A DNA stretch of 54,072 nt from the NCBI GenBank assembly GCA_018401295.1, contig JAGYLJ010000004.1:1-54072 (forward strand). The letters run 5' to 3'. The notes under the pieces are model-generated. The model made no database searches and was not told the origin of the DNA. It worked only from the letters and a program-made list of their open reading frames with translations. Below, one piece after another: positions 45,137 through 51,925 of the stretch. The number at the start of each line of letters is the position of its first letter. The first letter of the stretch is position 1. The stretch comes from a bacterium (GTDB lineage Bacteria; Patescibacteriota; Minisyncoccia; Phycocordibacterales; UBA12079). Position numbers and translations under genes: made by a program.

Positions 45137-45365
45137 AGAAAAATTATTAGATGTTGTCTCTCAAAACACTACTTATATAAACACAAAAGGAATAGAAAGA
45201 ACTATTCATCATATTGGGATTATTTATTCTGTTGAAGTAAAGTCTGATGAGGGTCAATTAAAAGAGTCTGCTGATGGGGAAGATTCCTTGGGAGCGGAAT
45301 GGGTGGAGATTTCTTCTTTGAAAAAGGAAGAGCTGTCGCCTTTTGCTGAAAGGGGAATTATTTGA
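45137..45365 (+). pseudogene. 3' fragment of a NUDIX hydrolase paralog
   Basis: EKLLDVVSQNTTYINTKGIERTIHHIGIIY...GEDSLGAEWVEISSLKKEELSPFA matches the C-terminal half of 51926-52339. Lacks the Nudix box. Confidence 0.8.
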
Positions 45366-45378
45366 TAGCATATAAAAT

Positions 45379-46119
45379 ATGATTTTAAAATTAAAACAAT
45401 TAGGGTTATCTGATAAAGAAGCTAAAGTTTATTTGGCAGCTTTAGAATTGGGGGAAGCGACTGTGCAAGAAATTGCCAAACAGGCGAGCGTTAATCGTCC
45501 TACTACCTATGTTCAGATAGAGAGATTGATTAAATTGGGATTAATGAGCTCGGTGGAAAAAAAAGGGAAGATACATTTTATTGCAGAAGATCCGGTTCAA
45601 TTGTCAAAATTGTTGGATGAACAAAAGAGAGAAATAGAAGAAAAAGTGAAGTTTTTTCAAAGAATATTACCAGAAATAAAGAATGTTTGTAATTTAGATG
45701 GAAAGAAATCAAGAGTGAGGTTTTTTGAAGGGTTAGAGGGTTTGAGATCAATAAAAGATGAAATATTAAAAACAAAAGATAAAGAAATTAAAGCTTTTTT
45801 TTCTGTGGATGACTTTAATAATATTTTCTCTGAAGAAGAAAGGAGTAAATATCTTAATAGAAGATTAAAAAAAGGAATAAAAGTAAAAGGACTTTATACG
45901 AGATCTGAAGGTCCTTTTGAGAAAATTACGAAGGGGGATGATGTGAGAATGATTCCGAAGAAGGATTTCCCGATTTCTTCTGATGTCACTATTTTTAGTG
46001 ATAGGGTAGCTATTTCGGCATTGAAGGACGAAATAGTGGGAGTTATTATAGAAAATAAAGAAATTGCAAATGTTTTCCGATCTATTTTTAATCTTGTTTG
46101 GGAAAATACAAAAAAATAA
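45379..46119 (+). CDS. TrmB-family transcriptional regulator
   Basis: LGLSDKEAKVYLAALELGEATVQEIAKQASVNRPTTYVQIERLIKLGLM winged-HTH typical of TrmB. Confidence 0.8.
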   Translation: MILKLKQLGLSDKEAKVYLAALELGEATVQEIAKQASVNRPTTYVQIERLIKLGLMSSVEKKGKIHFIAEDPVQLSKLLDEQKREIEEKVKFFQRILPEIKNVCNLDGKKSRVRFFEGLEGLRSIKDEILKTKDKEIKAFFSVDDFNNIFSEEERSKYLNRRLKKGIKVKGLYTRSEGPFEKITKGDDVRMIPKKDFPISSDVTIFSDRVAISALKDEIVGVIIENKEIANVFRSIFNLVWENTKK

Positions 46120-46153
46120 AATTTCTAATTTATTATTTTATTGTCAAAACTTA

Positions 46154-46183
46154 TTGACATAAATAATTATCTAAAAATAATAT
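46154..46183 (+). promoter_or_regulatory. promoter P1 of the G+C-rich islet
   Basis: TTGACA (46154-46159), 18 nt, TAATAT (46178-46183). The surrounding 27-nt box TGTCAAAACTTATTGACATAAATAATT is repeated at 46218. Confidence 0.5.
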
Positions 46184-46229
46184 ATTTAAACATCCAAATA
46201 GGGTGTTTTATTTAAAATGTCAAAATGTA

Positions 46230-46257
46230 TTGACAAATAATTTTGGATGTGTATACT
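46230..46257 (+). promoter_or_regulatory. promoter P2 of the G+C-rich islet
   Basis: TTGACA (46230-46235), 16 nt, TATACT (46252-46257). Confidence 0.5.
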
Positions 46258-46261
46258 ATGG

Positions 46262-46620
46262 GCAGTTCTTTGAAGAAGGTTCGGGGTCTTGAGAAGGGTC
46301 TCTTATCGCTCCTTCCTAATTAAGGGGGGTAAGGCTTTCCATGGTGGAAAGCAAGGAGCTGAACTAAGTTACAGCCTAAGTTAAGAGGCGTGCATGTAGC
46401 TTGATTCAGTAATCTAAAGTGGAAATTGCACTTTCCGTATTCTCGAAAAAGCCATCTATTCGGTGGATAGCTTTTAATAACAAAGCCGAAGGTGTGACGA
46501 GCCTCATGACGTCAAGGTCACTGCGACAGCCTAGGGATAAAGGCCGTCGTGTAAAACCAGTGGCCTCCCTTTCAGAGATTATTTAACTAAGTAGTTTCTG
46601 AAAGGGAAGTTGGTTCCCTA
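46262..46620 (+). ncRNA. ~360-nt ORF-free, G+C-rich structured leader or unclassified ncRNA
   Basis: starts just after P2, with no ORF of 60 aa or more on either strand despite higher G+C. Many local hairpins, e.g. GCTTTCC-ATGGT-GGAAAGC (46334-46352) and CCCTTTCAGA...TCTGAAAGGG (46567-46606). Confidence 0.35.
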
Positions 46621-46663
46621 AAGTTCTTTTTTAAAAAATCTTTAGAAGAAAGGAGGTGAGAAA

Positions 46664-46843
46664 ATGGGAGATGTAAAGGTCAAGACTTTTCATGTCGGAT
46701 TCGTTTGTGAGACGGCGTCCTCTTCGTTGAAGGTGCTGGATCGTCAGACGGAGGAGATTGAAGGGACGATTCTTCAGATTGAGGATACATATTGTCTGGA
46801 GAAAGACATCCTCGTCAGGGCTGTTGTGTATAAGCCTTGGTAG
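46664..46843 (+). CDS. 59-aa hypothetical protein (not in ORF track)
   Basis: AAAGGAGGTGA SD 5 nt before the ATG. MGDVKVKTFHVGFVCETASSSLKVLDRQTEEIEGTILQIEDTYCLEKDILVRAVVYKPW. Confidence 0.55.
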   Translation: MGDVKVKTFHVGFVCETASSSLKVLDRQTEEIEGTILQIEDTYCLEKDILVRAVVYKPW

Positions 46844-47101
46844 AGATGTTCGGTATAGTCGGTGCCTGCTGTGTCCGACGATAAATCTGCTGAAAACGCG
46901 GACTTCCATTCTGGAAGAAAACAGGCTAGAGGTGGTGAGACATTAGACCAGGCAAACCCACCCATAAGGATGAATCAATCCTTTCTTACCTAAGAGGAAG
47001 TCAAAAAAGATTTCCTCTCCCGTCAGAGTTCATAAAATATTTGTGAATTGTGACGGGAGAAGTTTGAAAATAAAATTTAATAAAGAAAGGAGGTGATTTC
47101 T

Positions 47102-47494
47102 ATGAAAGTCGAATGGAGTCGTTACTTTAGGGGCGACAGAAAAGGTCAGATTTTCGGAGCAAAGATTTGGGGAGATAACAGAGAATACCCCATTGCAGTA
47201 CTTTACTTCGGGAACGGGGCGACGGACAGCCACAGCTTCATTAAGGTAGAAGCTGTGCGAGCTCTGGGGCTTATAAGAAGACCGCAACGTACATGCTACA
47301 CTTGTACGGAGCCAGGTTCACATAATCTGGCGTATGGTCCTGTAGATCAAGTGATTTACAGTAAAGCTCCAGTTTTCGAAGGTGAGAAAGTTTCTTTACC
47401 AACTTTTTCTCTCTCAGAGATGAGGGATATCATAGAGAAAGAGTTTGGGCTTGAAGCTCCTCCTTTTGAAGCCGCTGACATCGGCCAGGAGTAG
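47102..47494 (+). CDS. 130-aa hypothetical protein
   Basis: AAAGGAGGTGA SD before ATG 47102 (MKVEWSRYF...), no motif recognised. Confidence 0.6.
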   Translation: MKVEWSRYFRGDRKGQIFGAKIWGDNREYPIAVLYFGNGATDSHSFIKVEAVRALGLIRRPQRTCYTCTEPGSHNLAYGPVDQVIYSKAPVFEGEKVSLPTFSLSEMRDIIEKEFGLEAPPFEAADIGQE

Positions 47495-47618
47495 ACCTTC
47501 CTGGAGCTTAGGGTTTGTGGAAGAGCCCTATTTGACAAAATCTTCTTTGGTACCGGAGATAAATATCCGGAAAAACAAAAAAATTTTAGCATAAGGTTCG
47601 GGATCCTTTAAAAAATCC

Positions 47619-47682
47619 TTCTGTTTCAGCCCAAGGCTGACTGATGAGTCTTCCGATTTAATATCGGCAAGACGAAACAGAG
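47619..47682 (+). ncRNA. hammerhead self-cleaving ribozyme, type III topology
   Basis: stem III TTCTGT (47619-24) / ACAGAG (47677-82), site GUU with cleavage predicted after 47625. Stem I TCAGCC-CAA-GGCTGA (47626-40). CUGAUGA (47641-47). Stem II GTCTTCCGAT-TTAAT-ATCGG(C)AAGAC (47648-73). GAAA (47674-77). Confidence 0.85.
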
Positions 47683-47720
47683 TGTTCTTTTAAAAAATAC
47701 AAATTAAATAGTTTTTTTAA

Positions 47721-47779
47721 AAATTCATTTATCATCTGAAGTAGTAGAAAGTTTGCTATTTGAGATGATAAATGAATTT
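47721..47779 (+). repeat. perfect 17-bp inverted repeat (hairpin) downstream of the ribozyme
   Basis: AAATTCATTTATCATCT (47721-37) / AGATGATAAATGAATTT (47763-79), 25-nt loop. Confidence 0.85.
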
Positions 47780-47827
47780 AAAACCTTTTGACCCACCTCA
47801 GGGGTAAAGCTGAGGGAGGAGGAAGTT

Positions 47828-48214
47828 ATGTCTAAGAAAAGGCTGGTGGATCAAGAGGGTTTGAAGTATGCGGTAGAAGGGATCGTTGCCTCTGGTAAAG
47901 TGGTAAACGGTCAACTTTTGGCCCGATTGATCGGGGTTAACAAATCAACCATCTGTCGGAATTTGAGGCAGATCGGGATTATCGTCCCGAGGGGTAAGGT
48001 TGGTTGGGTTGAACCCAGCCAAGATGATGAACCTCGTCATCACGACGAAATCGCACGCGCCATGCAAGAGGCCATCTCTATGGAGAACCCTTGTAAACCA
48101 CTATCTGACCCAAAGCTTATGGTGGCAATCGATTTCAGGGGCGAGGTTCGCAACTTCACAAAAATTCGCAATAAGTACGGTATCCCTAGTAGCCGTCAGC
48201 GGAAAAGGAGGTAA
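47828..48214 (+). CDS. 128-aa HTH protein with sigma-54 C-terminal DNA-binding-domain-like tail
   Basis: GGGAGGAGG SD. GQLLARLIGVNKSTICRNLRQIG HTH. KPLSDPKLMVAIDFRGEVRNFTKIRNKYGIPSSRQRKRR parallels the RpoN C-terminus (PLSD..i...L...G..iaRRTVaKYRe.lgIpsS..RK). Confidence 0.55.
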   Translation: MSKKRLVDQEGLKYAVEGIVASGKVVNGQLLARLIGVNKSTICRNLRQIGIIVPRGKVGWVEPSQDDEPRHHDEIARAMQEAISMENPCKPLSDPKLMVAIDFRGEVRNFTKIRNKYGIPSSRQRKRR

Positions 48215-48267
48215 AAATACTGGGACAATCGAAGAATTCACAAGGGTGGTTCTTCGAGTAGGTCGCG

Positions 48268-48307
48268 GGGCGGGGAGTGATTAGTTCAATCACCTCCGCC
48301 TTTTTTG
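48268..48307 (+). terminator. Rho-independent terminator closing the G+C-rich islet
   Basis: GGCGGGGAGTGATT-AGTTC-AATCACCTCCGCC followed by TTTTTT. Confidence 0.75.
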
Positions 48308-48334
48308 TTTGTCTAATTTTTTGATATAATTGAT

Positions 48335-48424
48335 TTATATGAAGCAAGCATATAATTCCTGCGTTCGGATTATATAAAGACATCTTATTACTATAATCGT
48401 TTTTACAAATCCTCATTTGAAATT
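48335..48424 (+). repeat. ~90-bp conserved upstream region, copy B (copy A at 37099-37187)
   Basis: TTATATGAAGCAAGCATATAATT...TTCGGATTATATAAAGACAT..TTATTACTATAATCGTTTTTACAAATCCTCATTTGAAATT-ATG. Confidence 0.85.
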
Positions 48425-49267
48425 ATGAAAAAAGATAATTCAATAGTTTTATTTAATCAAAAACGAATTCGTCGTCATTGGGATGATGAAAAAGAGCTGT
48501 GGTATTTTTCGATTATTGATATTGTAGCGGTTCTGACGGAGCAGATGGATTTTCAATTAGCAAGAAATTATTGGAAAGTTCTGAAAATTCGCTTAAAAAA
48601 GGAAGGAAGTGAAGTGGTTACAAAATGTAACCGGTTGAAAATGATGGCTCAAGACGGCAAGATGAGAGAAACCGATGTTGCCGATGTGGAAACTATTCTG
48701 CGGCTCATTCAATCAGTGCCAAGCAAAAAAGCAGAACCAATTAAGCTTTGGTTAGCCAAGGTAGGATACGAAAGAGTGCAGGAAATGAGCGATCCAGAAA
48801 AAGCATTGAACAGGTCACGCGATTATTGGCAGAGAATGGGACGAAGTCAAAAATGGATTCAACAAAGAATGATGGGGCAAGAAATTAGGAATAAACTCAC
48901 GGATTATTGGAAAGATAATAAGGTGAAAGAAAAAGACGAATATGCTATTTTGACCAACATTATTCATCAAGAATGGAGCGATTTGTCAGTTAAAGAACAT
49001 AAGAGTATAAAAAATTTGAAACGGGAAAATTTGCGTGATCATATGACTGATGCGGAATTGGTCTTTACCGCTTTAGCCGAACTTTCCACCCGCCAAATCG
49101 CGGAAACCATGGAAGCTAAAGGGTTGGAAGAAAATAAAATACCGGCGAAAAAAGGTGGACGAATTGCCAAAGACGCAAGAAAAGCACTGGAAGAAAAAAC
49201 AGGCGAGTCGGTTGTAACCAAGACAAATTATTTATCAAATAAAAAATCTGTTAAAAAATTGAAATAA
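48425..49267 (+). CDS. Bro-N domain protein (phage antirepressor / DinD-like)
   Basis: IRRHWDDEKELWYFSIIDIVAVLTEQ N-terminal Bro-N-like segment, basic C-terminus. Confidence 0.55.
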   Translation: MKKDNSIVLFNQKRIRRHWDDEKELWYFSIIDIVAVLTEQMDFQLARNYWKVLKIRLKKEGSEVVTKCNRLKMMAQDGKMRETDVADVETILRLIQSVPSKKAEPIKLWLAKVGYERVQEMSDPEKALNRSRDYWQRMGRSQKWIQQRMMGQEIRNKLTDYWKDNKVKEKDEYAILTNIIHQEWSDLSVKEHKSIKNLKRENLRDHMTDAELVFTALAELSTRQIAETMEAKGLEENKIPAKKGGRIAKDARKALEEKTGESVVTKTNYLSNKKSVKKLK

Positions 49268-49373
49268 TATGAAAACAATTTTAAAAATTAACCTCTAAAT
49301 TTTAAACCCTAACAACTAAAAAAGACTAATTTCAGATTTTGGTTGGTTTTTATTTTGTGATATAATTATTTCA

Positions 49374-50330
49374 ATGTTAAGAAAAAAGATTGCTGTATTA
49401 AGAGGTGGTCCTAGTTCTGAATACGAAGTTTCTTTAAAGACAGGGGCTGAAATACTAAAAAACTTATCTGATGATAAGTATGATTTGTCTGATGTTTGTA
49501 TTACTCGAGATGGAGATTGGTATTTGAAGGGTATGAAAGTTCGTCCTGCTGATATCTTGCCTCAGGTTGATGCGGTTTTTAATGCTATGCATGGTGAATA
49601 TGGTGAGGACGGAAAAGTTCAAAGAATTTTAGAAACTTTTGGGGTGCCTTTTACTGGTTCTCAATCGATTCCTTCAGCTCTGGCTATGAATAAAATGTTA
49701 GCTAAACAGGAATTTAAAAAAGGAGGAATTAAAGTGCCTATTGATATTGTTTTGAAGAGGGGAGATTATAATGTTGCTGAAATATTTAGGACCTTCCCGA
49801 TTCCGGCTATTGTAAAACCTATCAGTGCCGGTTCTTCTGTGGGAATTGGGTTAGCTAGAACAGCTCTTGAATTACAACAAGCTATTGAAAATGCTTTTGA
49901 GGTTTCAGACAAGGTCTTGGTTGAAGAATTCATTGGCGGGAGAGAGGCGACTTGTGGGGTGATTGATGATTTTAGAGGGGAAAGTATTTATACTTTATTA
50001 CCGGTTGAAATCAGGCCCAAATCAGTTAATAATTTTTTTGATTATGAGGCTAAATATAGTGGGGAATCTGAGGAAATTTGTCCGGGCAATTTTACCGAAG
50101 AAGAGAAGGGCCAAATACAAGAATTAGCTAGACAAGCTCACCAATTGTTAGGTTTGCGTCATTATTCTCGTTCGGATTTTATTATTTCACCTCGTAGAGG
50201 GATTTATCTTTTGGAAACGAATTCCTTGTCTGGTTTAACAGCCAATTCTCTTTTACCGGTATCGTTGAAGGCTATCGGTTGTGATTTATCCGATTTTCTT
50301 GATCACTTGATTCAATTAACTGAAAAGTAA
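49374..50330 (+). CDS. ddl: D-alanine--D-alanine ligase
   Basis: KIAVLRGGPSSEYEVSLKTG, HGEYGEDGKVQ, ATP-grasp EEFIGGREATCGVI, ...SRSDFII...LETNSLSGLT. Confidence 0.93.
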   Translation: MLRKKIAVLRGGPSSEYEVSLKTGAEILKNLSDDKYDLSDVCITRDGDWYLKGMKVRPADILPQVDAVFNAMHGEYGEDGKVQRILETFGVPFTGSQSIPSALAMNKMLAKQEFKKGGIKVPIDIVLKRGDYNVAEIFRTFPIPAIVKPISAGSSVGIGLARTALELQQAIENAFEVSDKVLVEEFIGGREATCGVIDDFRGESIYTLLPVEIRPKSVNNFFDYEAKYSGESEEICPGNFTEEEKGQIQELARQAHQLLGLRHYSRSDFIISPRRGIYLLETNSLSGLTANSLLPVSLKAIGCDLSDFLDHLIQLTEK

Positions 50331-50386
50331 AGGGATTTATTTACTTTTTGGTGTGGTTGTGTATAATTTACCTTGTATTTAGTTTA

Positions 50387-50709
50387 GGTGAGGGGCCAGT
50401 AGCCCCTCACCCAGAACCTTTATATTATGTTCTTTGTTTATATTTTAAAAAGTAAAAAAGATAACAGTATTTATATAGGTTATACAAGTGATTTGAAAAG
50501 GCGTTTTGAAGAACATAACGGTGGAAAAAATAAGTCTACCAAATTCAAGGTTCCTTTTGAGCTCATTTATTATGAAGCTTACAGATCTGAATCTGATGCC
50601 AAATATAGGGAGTCAAATTTGAAAAGATTTGCTCAGGCATATTCTGCTCTCAAGGGTAGAATTAAAAATAGTTTGGCATCATAAAGGTTCTGGGTGAGGG
50701 GCCAGTAGC
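50387..50709 (+). mobile_element. GIY-YIG gene cassette with 21-bp perfect terminal inverted repeats and a 17-bp direct duplication of the tRNA-Ala 5' junction
   Basis: IR CCCCTCACCCAGAACCTTTAT (50403-50423) / ATAAAGGTTCTGGGTGAGGGG (50681-50701). DR GGTGAGGGGCCAGTAGC at 50387-50403 and 50693-50709. Confidence 0.6.
50427..50684 (+). CDS. GIY-YIG nuclease family protein
   Basis: FFVYILKSKKDNSIYIGYTSDLKRRFEEHN...AKYRESNLK. Confidence 0.85.
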   Translation: MFFVYILKSKKDNSIYIGYTSDLKRRFEEHNGGKNKSTKFKVPFELIYYEAYRSESDAKYRESNLKRFAQAYSALKGRIKNSLAS

Positions 50710-50771
50710 TCACCTGGTAGAGCGCCGCACTTGCACTGCGGAGGTAGCGGGTTCGAGTCCTGTCTGGTCCA
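50699..50771 (+). tRNA. tRNA-Ala (anticodon UGC), no encoded CCA
   Basis: cloverleaf folded by hand: acceptor GGGCCAG/CTGGTCC with G3:U70, D arm GCTC/GAGC, anticodon stem CCGCA/TGCGG with loop CTTGCAC, T arm GCGGG-TTCGAGT-CCTGT (two G.U), discriminator A. Confidence 0.9.
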
Positions 50772-50778
50772 CAAAAAC

Positions 50779-50816
50779 ACAAAAGAACGCGAAAGCGTTC
50801 TTTTGTTTTGTTTTTG
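50779..50816 (+). terminator. Rho-independent terminator after tRNA-Ala
   Basis: ACAAAAGAACGC-GAAA-GCGTTCTTTTGT followed by TTTGTTTTT. Confidence 0.8.
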
Positions 50817-50836
50817 TGGACCAGACAGGACTCGAA
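50817..50836 (-). repeat. perfect 20-bp inverted copy of the tRNA-Ala 3' end
   Basis: TGGACCAGACAGGACTCGAA is the reverse complement of 50752-50771. Confidence 0.9.
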
Positions 50837-50906
50837 ACGAAGGAGTATATTTTTTCATAATGTAATGGAGAAAAAATACGACTGAGCGGGGTCGAGAGTT
50901 CTTGGT

Positions 50907-50932
50907 ATTTTAGGAGCGAAGCGAACTAAAAT
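50907..50932 (+). repeat. hairpin with invariant GAGCGAAGCGAA loop (plus orientation)
   Basis: ATTTTAG-GAGCGAAGCGAA-CTAAAAT. Second plus-orientation copy ATTTT-GAGCGAAGCGAA-AAAAT at 52582-52603. Confidence 0.8.
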
Positions 50933-51033
50933 AGTTAGAACTGGTGACCGAGTCCTGAGATATGTAGAATTCTCGCTGGGGTCATTTAGTTGAAAGAGTA
51001 GAGATTTTTGGAGGAGGAGTGTAGAATTAAGAT

Positions 51034-51795
51034 ATGTTTACTCCTAAAACAAAAAGAATAGAAAAACTTGCTGAACTGTATCCTGAAATTATTTCAGATT
51101 TGGAATGTATTTTTGACAAACCAACGAACATTTATATTGATTGGCAGAACGTTATTCATTGGCAGAAAAAATTAAGGTGGAATTTTGATTTGAAAAGAAT
51201 AAAACGGTTTTTTGATTCTTTTGACAATATAAAAACAGTAAAAATATATACAGGAACATTGGAGGGGAATGACAAATCAGAACAAAATATTCCTGATTTA
51301 GAATCTTGGGGTTATGTTGTTATAACAAAGCCAGTTAAAAAGATGAAGTTATCCGTTGATACTTCCAGTGTCTCTGATAATTCCCCAACTTTGTTGCAAC
51401 AATTTATTAAAAAATCTCTGTTAGACACTTTAGATATTTCTACTATCATCTCTTTAAATAAAAAACTTTCAGAGTTAAACGAAAAAAATATTTTATTTTT
51501 AACAGAAGAAAAGTGTAATTTTGATGTTGAAATGGGGAGGGATCTGCTAAAAGATTTTGAGTTTAATGGGATAGAGAATTTTATTTTGTGGACGACTGAC
51601 AGTGATTTTGAAGACCCGATAAAACAAATTAGAGATGATGGTAAAAAAGCGATTATTTTTGCTTTCTCAGGTAAAGTTGCACCTGAATTAGATGGCACTG
51701 GAGTTTATGTTTTTGATATAAAGAAAATAAAAGAATTTGTGTGTTGGTCTAAGCATTTACCAAAGGATATAAAGGATAGAGTTGATGAGGTATAA
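51034..51795 (+). CDS. NYN/LabA-like (PIN-fold) domain protein
   Basis: NIYIDWQNV... and ILWTTDSDFEDPIKQIRDDGKKAIIF match the D.N ... SgDsDF.p....r..Gk.v pattern of NYN domains. Confidence 0.55.
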   Translation: MFTPKTKRIEKLAELYPEIISDLECIFDKPTNIYIDWQNVIHWQKKLRWNFDLKRIKRFFDSFDNIKTVKIYTGTLEGNDKSEQNIPDLESWGYVVITKPVKKMKLSVDTSSVSDNSPTLLQQFIKKSLLDTLDISTIISLNKKLSELNEKNILFLTEEKCNFDVEMGRDLLKDFEFNGIENFILWTTDSDFEDPIKQIRDDGKKAIIFAFSGKVAPELDGTGVYVFDIKKIKEFVCWSKHLPKDIKDRVDEV

Positions 51796-51925
51796 AATGC
51801 CAAAGGGACTCCGTGAGGAGCCCCTAAGCATTAGTGATTTTTAACCTTTCGGTTACAGTTAATACTATACAAATTGTTAACTAAAGTCAATAACGGTTGG
51901 GGATAGAGTATAATATAACAAAAAA

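Noticed and set aside
46262-46620. RNase P RNA, tmRNA or cobalamin riboswitch (GCCACTGG on the minus strand at 46557-46564)
   Set aside because: No conserved RNase P or tmRNA cores are present. The B12-box-like heptamer lacks the surrounding GGGAA/GGUG..AAUCC context and would be on the non-transcribed strand relative to the promoters
46631-47592. Overlapping ORFs on both strands in the G+C-rich islet (46631-46909, 46758-46946, 46774-46965, 47030-47287, 47356-47592, 48000-48284, 48186-48416)
   Set aside because: They are a consequence of higher G+C. Only the frames preceded by AGGAGG-type SDs (46664, 47102, 47828) were kept
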